The position numbers and the translations under genes are program-made. Source: Clostridia bacterium (lineage in GTDB: Bacteria > Bacillota > Clostridia > Christensenellales > Aristaeellaceae). Taken from it: 64,000 bases of DNA. The stretch lies in NCBI GenBank assembly GCA_017412715.1, contig JAFPWU010000031.1:1-64000 (forward strand), in the 5' to 3' direction. Every line of letters starts with the position of its first letter. Position 1 is the stretch's first letter. The notes under the pieces are model-generated. The model searched no databases and was not told where the DNA came from. It saw only the letters and a program-made list of their open reading frames with translations. This document shows, in pieces, positions 8,379 through 16,373 of this stretch.

Positions 8379-8976
8379 GGATATTCTGATCTGCGGCGTC
8401 GGCGGCCAGGGAACCGTACTGGCCAGCAAAATCCTGGCGGCTTCCGCCATGGCGGAGGGACAGACCGTTCATTCCGCCGAAACCATCGGCATGGCTCAGC
8501 GGGGCGGCTCCGTAACCAGCCACGTGCGCATCGGGGAGGAGGCCTTCTCTCCCATGATCCCCCTGGGCAGCGCGGATCTTCTCATGGCCTTTGAGCCGGC
8601 GGAGGCGGTGCGCAATCTGAAGTATCTCCGCTCCTCCGGAATCGTGATCGTCAATACGGATGCCGTCAAGCCGGTGACGGAAAGCCTCCGTCCCAGCGGC
8701 TACGAGGCCCAAAGCATGGTCGATTACCTGCGGGAGAAATGCGGCGACGCCTGTTTCTTCGTCAGCATGGAGGAAACTGCCCATGAGTTCGGCTCCTCCA
8801 AGTTCTTCAATGTGCTGATGCTGGGGGTCGCGGCCGGCTCCGGCGCCCTGGGGCTGGCCCCGGAAACGCTGCGTCAGGAAATCGCCCGCCGGGTGCCTGA
8901 AAAGTTCCGCGAAATCAACCTGCAGGCCTTTGACGCCGGCTGCAGGCAGGGGACTCCAACGGAAGAAAACACGTAA
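8371..8976 (+). CDS. iorB: Indolepyruvate:ferredoxin oxidoreductase beta subunit
   Basis: ATG at 8371 with RBS GGAGGTG, overlapping the iorA stop by 8 nt. The ICGVGGQG motif is typical of IorB and 2-oxoacid:Fd oxidoreductase gamma-like subunits. Confidence 0.85.
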   Translation: MRKDILICGVGGQGTVLASKILAASAMAEGQTVHSAETIGMAQRGGSVTSHVRIGEEAFSPMIPLGSADLLMAFEPAEAVRNLKYLRSSGIVIVNTDAVKPVTESLRPSGYEAQSMVDYLREKCGDACFFVSMEETAHEFGSSKFFNVLMLGVAAGSGALGLAPETLRQEIARRVPEKFREINLQAFDAGCRQGTPTEENT

Positions 8977-9041
8977 GGAAGCGCAGAATCATCCGCCTTC
9001 ACCGGCGGCTCATGATACGACGGAAAGGAGATTTGATCCCT

Positions 9042-10283
9042 ATGCAAATCAACGAAAAACAGCTCGCCCTGGTCGACCGCCAGATCCAGCGGATTCTGGC
9101 GAGCGGCAACTATTACAGCCAGGTATACCGGGCGGCCGGCATCACCGGGGTTAAAACCCCGGAGGACTTCCTGAAGATTCCCTTCACGGACAAGGCGGAT
9201 CTGCGCAATGCCTACCCGCTGGGAATTCAGGCGGTTCCGGATGAACAGGTGGTCCGGATTCATTCCTCCTCCGGCACCACCGGAAAGCCCGTCATCATCC
9301 CCTACACCGCCCGGGATGTGGAGGATTGGGCCACCATGTTCGCCCGCTGCTACGAGATCGCCGGCATCACGCCGAAGGACCGGATTCAGATTACCCCCGG
9401 CTACGGGCTCTGGACCGCGGGCATCGGCTTCCAGGCCGGCTGCGAAAAGATTGGCGCCATGGCCATTCCCATGGGCCCGGGAAATACGGAGAAGCAGCTG
9501 CAGATGATGGTGGATCTGAAGGCCACCGTCCTGTGCGCCACCTCCTCCTATGCCCTGCTGCTGGCGGAGGAGATCAACAAGCGGGGTCTCCGGGACCAGA
9601 TTCACCTGAAGAAGGGGATCATCGGCTCCGAGCGCTGGAGCGACGCCAAGCGGGCCTATATCGCCCGGGAGCTGGGCATCGAGCTGTTCGATATCTACGG
9701 CCTGACCGAAATCTACGGCCCCGGCATCGGCATCAACTGCCCCGGAGAGACGGGGATGCACATCTTCGATGACTATCTGTATACAGAAATCATCGATCCC
9801 GTCACCGGCGAAGTGCTGCCGGACGGAGAGGAAGGGGAAATCGTAATCACCACCCTGGTGAAGGAGGGCGCCCCCCTGATCCGTTTCCGCACCCACGATC
9901 TGAGCAAGCTCCTTCCCGGCGAATGCCACTGCGGGCGCAGCTATCCCCGCCTGGCCACCATTCGCGGACGCAGCGACGATATGTTCAAGGTTCACGGCGT
10001 GAATATGTTCCCCAGCCAGGTGGAAGAAATCCTGGGCATGGTGGACGGTCTCAGCAGCGAATATAAGATCGATATCGCCCACGACGACCTGAAGAACCGG
10101 GATATCATGATGATTACCGCCGAGGCGGAGGGTCGCGTGGACTTCATGAAGGCCGCGGAGCAACTGAAGCTGCTGTGCAAATCCCGCCTGAACGTGACGC
10201 CGAATGTGGCCATCGTTTCCCTGAATACCCTGCCGCGCAGCGAGAAGAAAACCCAGCGGGTCTTCGATCATCGCGGGGACTGA
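9042..10283 (+). CDS. paaK: Phenylacetate-CoA ligase family (PaaK-like aryl-acetate/acyl-CoA ligase)
   Basis: ATG at 9042 with RBS AAGGAGA. Adenylate-forming motifs SSGTTGKP and YGLTE; compact ~413-aa PaaK architecture. Sits directly after iorAB. Confidence 0.85.
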   Translation: MQINEKQLALVDRQIQRILASGNYYSQVYRAAGITGVKTPEDFLKIPFTDKADLRNAYPLGIQAVPDEQVVRIHSSSGTTGKPVIIPYTARDVEDWATMFARCYEIAGITPKDRIQITPGYGLWTAGIGFQAGCEKIGAMAIPMGPGNTEKQLQMMVDLKATVLCATSSYALLLAEEINKRGLRDQIHLKKGIIGSERWSDAKRAYIARELGIELFDIYGLTEIYGPGIGINCPGETGMHIFDDYLYTEIIDPVTGEVLPDGEEGEIVITTLVKEGAPLIRFRTHDLSKLLPGECHCGRSYPRLATIRGRSDDMFKVHGVNMFPSQVEEILGMVDGLSSEYKIDIAHDDLKNRDIMMITAEAEGRVDFMKAAEQLKLLCKSRLNVTPNVAIVSLNTLPRSEKKTQRVFDHRGD

Positions 10284-10287
10284 GCGC

Positions 10288-10332
10288 AAAAAAAGACCGG
10301 AAGCTGAATTCCAGCTTCCGGTTCTTTTTTTG
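10288..10332. terminator. Bidirectional intrinsic terminator (A7-accggaagctg..cagcttccggt-T7) between paaK and rpsR
   Basis: Perfect 11-bp stem flanked by A and T runs. Confidence 0.8.
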
Positions 10333-10342
10333 CGTAAAACGA

Positions 10343-10600
10343 TTAGTCCGCGGTGTAGGGCATCAGGGCGATGGCACGGGCGCGCTTGATGGCCTCACTC
10401 AGCTGGCGCTGATGTTTCGCGCAGTTGCCGCTCATCCGGCGGGGCAGAATCTTGCCGCGCTCGTTGGTGAAGCGACGCAGACGGTTAATATCCTTGTAAT
10501 CGATATATTCGATCTTATCCACGCAGAAGGCGCAAACCTTCCGACGGGGACGACGGACTCCGCGGGGGCGGGGTCTTCTTTCTCCACGATCTTCAGACAT
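10343..10600 (-). CDS. rpsR: 30S ribosomal protein S18
   Basis: 85 aa, basic, with the CxxC...C motif and YKD...LRRF region typical of S18. RBS AAGGAGG. Confidence 0.9.
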   Translation of the reverse strand: MSEDRGERRPRPRGVRRPRRKVCAFCVDKIEYIDYKDINRLRRFTNERGKILPRRMSGNCAKHQRQLSEAIKRARAIALMPYTAD

Positions 10601-10624
10601 GGGGCTGATCCTCCTTCTTAAGCA

Positions 10625-11056
10625 TTAAAAGGGCAGCTCGTCGGTCTCGACAGCAGTGAAACCGGCGGACACAGGCTCCTGGGCAGGCGCGGAAGCAGCG
10701 GGCGCGGCATAGCCGCCGTCGCTCTCCGCCTCACCGCGGGAAGACAGGAACTCGACATCATTGGCCATCACTTCCAGGGACGCACGGGTCTGCCCGTCGT
10801 TTCCCTGATAAGTGTGGACGCTTACGGGGCCTACCACGGCAACTTTCCGGCCCTTGGCCAGGAACTTGGCGCAGTTTTCACCCAGCTGATTCCAGGCGGA
10901 TACGCGGAAGAAATCCGCTTCCGGCTGACCACCCTGGGCGTCCCTGCGGTTGCGGCGATTGACCGCCACCGTAAAGGAACACACGGTGGATCCGGAGGGC
11001 GTCGTCCGCTGTTCCGGATCACGGGTTAAATTCCCGATGATGGTAAGTCTGTTCAT
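10625..11056 (-). CDS. ssb: Single-stranded DNA-binding protein
   Basis: 143 aa; OB-fold N-terminus MNRLTIIGNLTRDPE; acidic C-terminal tail ending DELPF. Confidence 0.9.
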   Translation of the reverse strand: MNRLTIIGNLTRDPEQRTTPSGSTVCSFTVAVNRRNRRDAQGGQPEADFFRVSAWNQLGENCAKFLAKGRKVAVVGPVSVHTYQGNDGQTRASLEVMANDVEFLSSRGEAESDGGYAAPAASAPAQEPVSAGFTAVETDELPF

Positions 11057-11077
11057 TTTGTTTCCTCCCTCTGGCGC

Positions 11078-11500
11078 TTATTCAGCGTCCTCGGCAGGAG
11101 CGGCTTCCTCTGCAGGAGCAGCCTCTTCCACAGGGGCCTGCTCCACAGCGGGGGCGGCCTCTTCAGCCGGCGCGGCCTGCACGGGGCGCGGCTTCACGGA
11201 GGAACGCTTCTCCACCAGCTTCACCACCAGATAACGAAGCACATTTTCGTTAATCTGCAGGTTCCGCTCCAGTTCCCTGGGCAGTTCAGCCGGAGCCTTG
11301 AAGGTTACCAGCACGTACCAGCCTTCGGTCTTATAATCGATCGCGTAGGCCAGACGGCGCTTTCCCCAGGTCTCATCGACCTTTTCGATCTCGCCACCGT
11401 TCGCGGTGATCAGAGAAGAAACCTTTTCAACCAGCTCCTGCCGGGCGGCTTCCTCCAACCCCGTGTCGATGATGTAGATCATTTCATACCTGTTCATCAT
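11078..11500 (-). CDS. rpsF: 30S ribosomal protein S6 with an ~45-aa Ala/Pro/Glu-rich C-terminal extension
   Basis: N-terminus MNRYEMIYII is the canonical S6 start. RBS GGAGGTGAAAG. C-terminal tail made of repeating AAPAEE/AAPAVEQ units. Confidence 0.9.
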   Translation of the reverse strand: MMNRYEMIYIIDTGLEEAARQELVEKVSSLITANGGEIEKVDETWGKRRLAYAIDYKTEGWYVLVTFKAPAELPRELERNLQINENVLRYLVVKLVEKRSSVKPRPVQAAPAEEAAPAVEQAPVEEAAPAEEAAPAEDAE

Positions 11501-11525
11501 ACTTTCACCTCCTCACGGACATATG

Positions 11526-11547
11526 GCGCTGCATCATCCCGCAGCGC
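11526..11547 (-). promoter_or_regulatory. Hairpin in the rpsF 5' leader (gcgctgc-N8-gcagcgc), candidate S6:S18 autoregulatory leader element
   Basis: Perfect 7-bp inverted repeat 26-47 nt upstream of the rpsF start. S6/S18 operons are known to carry leader structures, but no Rfam scan was possible. Confidence 0.3.
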
Positions 11548-12103
11548 AAGGATGTGCCAATTGAGGATTATAACAGACTTTTTCGTATTGCGCAAGCATT
11601 TTCTGAGGGATCGCTGAATAAATGGTTACTGCTCAGTCGCGACCGTAAGCCTAAGAGCAATTCTTAACAAGATCTTAACAAAATATAAAAAGGAACTACG
11701 ATACCCCTGCTCGAATTGTAGTGAACAACATTAATGTTTTTACTTAAAGGTGCACAGTAGCAGCGAATAAATTGAATAATGCCAAATCAATGATCGCAGC
11801 CCAGCAAACAGCCATTCCTTTCCGGTGAATGATTGCTCCATTTCTGTCGATGTCTCGATTTCGAGTACGGCAGCAATCCCCGCAAGTATGATAGGTGTGA
11901 TGGAAAAAGCGAGGAGTTCCGCAGCCAGAAGGGAAAATCCTCCGGATCTGCAGAAACAGCTCCTTTGATGGAATAACAGTGCGTATTTTTCGAATTATGT
12001 CCTGTATCCCTTTATTGGCAAATGGTATTCTCTTTGCATGGAGAGCAAAGGACATGCGCCTTGTTTCAAACCGACCCATACATAAAAAGGAGGGATTATC
12101 AGC

Positions 12104-13516
12104 ATGGAAAACATTCTAAGCTTTCTGCAGACCAGCTGGCAGTGGATCTTGATCGGGATCCTGGCCTTCATCATCCTGTTGAAGTTCATGCCACGGTACA
12201 AGATCGCCCCGCCAGATACGGCCTTCATCATTTCTGGCCTGCTGCGCCGGAACTACAAGGTGCGGAACGCCGACGGAACCGTGTCCACCAAAAAGTTCGG
12301 TTACCGGATCGTGCGCGGCGGCGCCACCTTCTATGTTCCGGCGATCGAGCGGATCGACCAGCTGGATATGTGCCTGACCCAGGTAGATATCAAGACGGCT
12401 CAGCCCGTGCCCACCAAGGAGTACATTTCCGTGCTGGTGGACGCAGTAGCCAACATCAAGATCGGCTCCGACGACCTGTCTATCGCCACCGCCGCCGAGC
12501 AGTTGCTACACTATGACTCAGATCAGATCAAGGCACTGGCAAAAGATGTGCTGGAAGGCAACATGCGGGAGATCATCGGCCAGATGACCATTGCGGAGCT
12601 TGTGCAGAACCGGGACAAGTTCGCCCAGGAATCCATCAAGGCCGCCATGAGTGACATGAGCAACATGGGTCTGGAGATCATCAACCTAACCATTCAGAAC
12701 TTCTCGGACAAGGACGGAAACGTCATCGACACCATGGCTGCCCGGAATGTGGCGGAGAAGGAGCAGGACAAGCGAATCGCGGAAGCCGCTGCGGAGAAAG
12801 AATCCAAGTTCGCCGAGATGCAGGCCGAGGCAGAAATTGCCCGCCAGAACCGAGACCTGGAGGTGCAGAAGGCCGCATTCAAGCAGGAGACAGAAGAAGC
12901 CCGCGCCAAGGCGGAGATGGCTTATAAAATTGAGCAGGAGCGCATCAATAAAATCTTCGCCACAGAACATGCCGCTGCCGAGATGACCCGGCTGGAAAAG
13001 GAAACGGAGCTGAAACGCCAGGCCGTAGAAATCGAGCGGGAAAAGCTCAACGTGGAGATTCGCGAGAAGGCATCAGCGGAGAAAGACAGGGCCATGGCCG
13101 AAGCGGAAGCGGAAAAGTATCGCAGGCAGGCAGAGGCGGACGCAGCTCTCTACGCAGCCCAGAAGGAAGCGGAAGCGATCCGAATGAAGGGCGAGGCAGA
13201 AGCAGACGCCATGCGGATGAAAGCGGAAGCCATGCAGCTTTACGGCCAGGCCGCCATGATGGAAATGGTTACAGACAAGCTGCCTGACATCGCCCGGGCC
13301 GTGTCCGAGCCCCTGAGCAAAACTGAGAAGATCATTCTTTTCGGTGAGGGCAGTGTCACCTCCATGGCCCGGGACACGGCCGGAACCATGCTGCAGACCT
13401 TTGAGGCGGTGAAGGACGCGGTGGGTCTGGATATTCCCAAGGCCATCCGGGATGTAACCACCGGCGGTCTTGTTGGCCGGGCAGAAAAGGAGACAGACCA
13501 GCAATGCAGTGAATAA
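12104..13516 (+). CDS. Flotillin-like SPFH/band-7 protein (FloA/YqiK-type), 470 aa
   Basis: N-terminal TM helix, SPFH domain, then a long Ala/Glu/Lys/Arg-rich coiled-coil (EAEAxR repeats). RBS AAGGAGGG. Confidence 0.85.
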   Translation: MENILSFLQTSWQWILIGILAFIILLKFMPRYKIAPPDTAFIISGLLRRNYKVRNADGTVSTKKFGYRIVRGGATFYVPAIERIDQLDMCLTQVDIKTAQPVPTKEYISVLVDAVANIKIGSDDLSIATAAEQLLHYDSDQIKALAKDVLEGNMREIIGQMTIAELVQNRDKFAQESIKAAMSDMSNMGLEIINLTIQNFSDKDGNVIDTMAARNVAEKEQDKRIAEAAAEKESKFAEMQAEAEIARQNRDLEVQKAAFKQETEEARAKAEMAYKIEQERINKIFATEHAAAEMTRLEKETELKRQAVEIEREKLNVEIREKASAEKDRAMAEAEAEKYRRQAEADAALYAAQKEAEAIRMKGEAEADAMRMKAEAMQLYGQAAMMEMVTDKLPDIARAVSEPLSKTEKIILFGEGSVTSMARDTAGTMLQTFEAVKDAVGLDIPKAIRDVTTGGLVGRAEKETDQQCSE

Positions 13517-13535
13517 CGCTTTGCTGCAGATAAAC

Positions 13536-13573
13536 GTGAAGCCCTCGCCGGGGAAATCCGGCGGGGGCTTCAC
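13536..13573. terminator. Strong hairpin (gtgaagccc..gggcttcac) between convergent genes; likely bidirectional terminator though the U-run is weak
   Basis: Inverted repeat read directly. Confidence 0.5.
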
Positions 13574-13633
13574 TGCAGTATGCAATCGGGCGAAATATAA
13601 GGCAGCAGCCTGTGCGTTTACCTGAGCTGTTTC

Positions 13634-14296
13634 TTACTTCTCCGGGTTCAGGATCATCCGGGTTTTCAGATTGTCATCATGGACCAGGATCCCCATCCTG
13701 TCCAGCTTTTCAATCAGCTTAATCCTGATTTCCGCAGCCTCCATCAGGTTTTTGCAGGCTCTGGACAGTTCCGCGGTATAACGGATTTCACCCTGGCCGG
13801 AAGGAACGGGCCAGACCTCAATGCGGACCCGCTGCTTGCCCAGAGCGCCTTCATACCGCAGGAACCTCACGGGGCCGACCACCTGAATATCTTTGAAGGT
13901 GTCCTTCTCCGGGCTTTCCGTAACCTGGTCCTTCACCCCGGCAGGCAGATTCTGCACAGCCATCTGCACCGCCTGGGCGGGGGACAGCCTGCTGAGATCC
14001 GGCGTCTTTTCCGTTTTGACTTCCGCAGCGGCGGAAAAGCTCAGCGTCATTTTTGAATATCCCCAGTCGATTTCGGCCGGATAAGGGCTTTTATGCAGGG
14101 ATAGCCCGTCCGCGCGGGCGACGGTCAGCGCCGAATCCACATCGCCGTCCTGAACCGGATAGCGCATCTTGTAGGTGATCGTATATCTGGGCTTTCCTTC
14201 CTTTACGCGGATCCGGCTGATCCATCCGGCCTTCAGATAATCCCGCGCCGGGGTATCCAGATAGATTACATCGATGCGCAGAGGCTTGTCCTCCAT
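13634..14296 (-). CDS. Hypothetical protein with a CYTH-like (triphosphate tunnel) N-terminal signature; start uncertain (candidates 14296, 14314, 14350)
   Basis: The YLDTP...RIR motif resembles the CYTH Y.DT...LRIR pattern. The best RBS (GAAGG) precedes the ATG at 14296. The canonical ExExK motif is not clear. Confidence 0.45.
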   Translation of the reverse strand: MEDKPLRIDVIYLDTPARDYLKAGWISRIRVKEGKPRYTITYKMRYPVQDGDVDSALTVARADGLSLHKSPYPAEIDWGYSKMTLSFSAAAEVKTEKTPDLSRLSPAQAVQMAVQNLPAGVKDQVTESPEKDTFKDIQVVGPVRFLRYEGALGKQRVRIEVWPVPSGQGEIRYTAELSRACKNLMEAAEIRIKLIEKLDRMGILVHDDNLKTRMILNPEK

Positions 14297-14544
14297 CTGA
14301 AAAGCCTTCAGCATGCTCTTTGTCAGCAGATGATCCTCCCCCAATATCATTATTCGCCAATGGAATATCGCCTGATCCACAATGCAAATCGATATAACAC
14401 ACAATAAAACAAGTCGCTCACATCGACGGTTGAACGTGACAAAGTGCCCAACCTTTTCGTTAACAGCCCTGGAGGCAACACGTCAGCATCACCGTTGGCA
14501 GCTCATTCACATCCACCAAAGCTGACCAATAAGCAGGGTAATTG

Positions 14545-14563
14545 TGTCATTGCAATGTCATTG
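14545..14563 (+). promoter_or_regulatory. Direct repeat TGTCATTG-caa-TGTCATTG upstream of the GH4/GH36 operon; candidate regulator-binding site
   Basis: Exact 8-bp direct repeat in the 405-nt intergenic region. Confidence 0.3.
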
Positions 14564-14616
14564 TTTCTATTCTTTTTTTCATGCAGCCCCGGGCGGCTCA
14601 ATTCCAGATATTCTGA

Positions 14617-14646
14617 TTGACAGAGGATATGATCGCATAATAGAAT
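14617..14646 (+). promoter_or_regulatory. Putative promoter TTGACA-18-TAGAAT for the GH4/GH36 operon, followed by a leader hairpin (gatgccg..cggcatc)
   Basis: Hexamers read directly; ~190 nt upstream of the GH4 start. Confidence 0.45.
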
Positions 14647-14833
14647 CAGCTTGATATCGCAGTTGCTTGATGCCGTAAAACGCGGCATCCGGAACTGGCG
14701 TTAAGGATCGAAACATATCCGAAGCGCAAACGCTGACCCTGTTCGCTGGCAGACCGCAGGATCAGACGGATGCATATCAGCACACAGGGTCTGAAAGGAT
14801 AGGCCGTGAATGATAAACAGGAGGAAAATCAAC

Positions 14834-16237
14834 ATGCTGACCCATCAAAGTGATCGGGTGTCCGGTCTCACAGTGGCTTATATTGGCGGAGGCTCCCGGG
14901 GCTGGGCCTGGGGATTTATGACCGATATCGCCCGCGATGAACAGATCTCCGGAACGGTTCGACTGTACGATATCGATCACGAAGCGGCCCAGCGCAACAA
15001 GATCATCGGCGAAAAAATCAGCAGCCATCCGGATGCCAGGTCTCATTGGCACTTCGAGGTAGCCCCAAGCCTTCAGGAGGCCCTGACAGGCGCTGATTTT
15101 GTTGTTATTTCAATTTTGCCCGCTACTTTCAGGGAAATGCGCAGCGATGTGCATCTGCCGGAACGGGTTGGCGTATATCAGCCCGTGGGCGATACAGTCG
15201 GTCCCGGCGGCTTCATGAGAGCCATGCGGACCATCCCCATGTTTGTGGAAATAGCGGAAGCTATTCGCGATTACGCGCCGGACGCGTGGGTCATTAACTA
15301 TACCAATCCCATGACGCTCTGTGTTCGCACGCTGTACGAAGTATTTCCGCAGATCAAAGCCTTTGGCTGCTGCCACGAAGTGTTCGGCACGCAATACCTT
15401 CTTACCCAGATGCTCAAGGATATGGGAATTGCGGAAAATGTAAAGAGGCAGGAACTATACACCACGGTAGTCGGCATCAATCACTTTACCTGGCTGACAA
15501 AGGCCTCCTGGAAAGGAATCGATTTGATGCCGCTGTATGCCAGATTTGCTGATCAATATGCCGCGGAGGGTTTCACGGAAGGCAAGGACAGCAACTGGAT
15601 GAATAATTCCTTTGACTGTGCCCACCGGGTCAAATTCGATCTGTTCAGGCGGTACGGCGCCATCGCAGCGGCAGGCGACCGCCATCTCGCGGAATTTATG
15701 CCGCGCTGGTACACAAGCAGCCCCGAAAAAGTAAAGGAATGGGGATTTGGTCTGACATCAGTGGACTGGCGCGAAAATGATCTGAAAAGACGCCTGCAGC
15801 GGTCGGATAATCTGATATCCGGGGCTGAAGAAATCAGCCTGAAAGGGTCCGGAGAAGAAGGCCATCTGCTTGTCAAGGCGCTGCTTGGTTTAGGCGACCT
15901 TGTGAGCAATGTGAATGTACCCAACAGAGGACAGATTGAGAATCTGCCTTTAGGAGCAGTAGTGGAAACCAACGCGCTCTTTGGATATGACCGCATTGAG
16001 CCCATCCATGCGGGGAAAATTCCGGATGGGCTTTTACCGCTGATTTCCCGTCATGTGATGAATCAGGAGAACGCGTTGCAGGCCGCGCTGAATTGCGATC
16101 GAAAACTTGGGCTTGCAACCTTCCTCAATGATCCGCAGATGGGCGCGGTAAGCCCGGAGGATGGAGAATCACTCTTTAATGATATGCTTGAAAATCAAAG
16201 AAAATGGCTTCCTGGAGAATGGTTCACTAATCCATGA
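14834..16237 (+). CDS. Glycoside hydrolase family 4 (NAD+/Mn2+-dependent alpha-galactosidase/alpha-glucosidase type, MelA/AglA-like)
   Basis: ATG at 14834 with RBS AGGAGGA. N-terminal Rossmann motif IGGGS plus the GH4 conserved Cys-His motif (GCCHEV). Confidence 0.85.
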   Translation: MLTHQSDRVSGLTVAYIGGGSRGWAWGFMTDIARDEQISGTVRLYDIDHEAAQRNKIIGEKISSHPDARSHWHFEVAPSLQEALTGADFVVISILPATFREMRSDVHLPERVGVYQPVGDTVGPGGFMRAMRTIPMFVEIAEAIRDYAPDAWVINYTNPMTLCVRTLYEVFPQIKAFGCCHEVFGTQYLLTQMLKDMGIAENVKRQELYTTVVGINHFTWLTKASWKGIDLMPLYARFADQYAAEGFTEGKDSNWMNNSFDCAHRVKFDLFRRYGAIAAAGDRHLAEFMPRWYTSSPEKVKEWGFGLTSVDWRENDLKRRLQRSDNLISGAEEISLKGSGEEGHLLVKALLGLGDLVSNVNVPNRGQIENLPLGAVVETNALFGYDRIEPIHAGKIPDGLLPLISRHVMNQENALQAALNCDRKLGLATFLNDPQMGAVSPEDGESLFNDMLENQRKWLPGEWFTNP

Positions 16238-16373
16238 TCAGGTCCTCGCGGACGGACATTAAAAACAGGTCCCTGCCGAAGCGGGGAAAAAGGTTTTCCG
16301 AGGTTTCAGCAAACATGATATAATGCGCGGGGCGGATCAGCGGCCCGGCGACAGGAGTATGGAGGATTCCGGC

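Noticed and set aside
11744-12079. 111-aa minus-strand ORF in the AT-rich intergenic island
   Set aside because: No RBS, a Cys/Arg/His-rich implausible sequence, and codon usage unlike the genome. It lies in what looks like a promoter/leader region.
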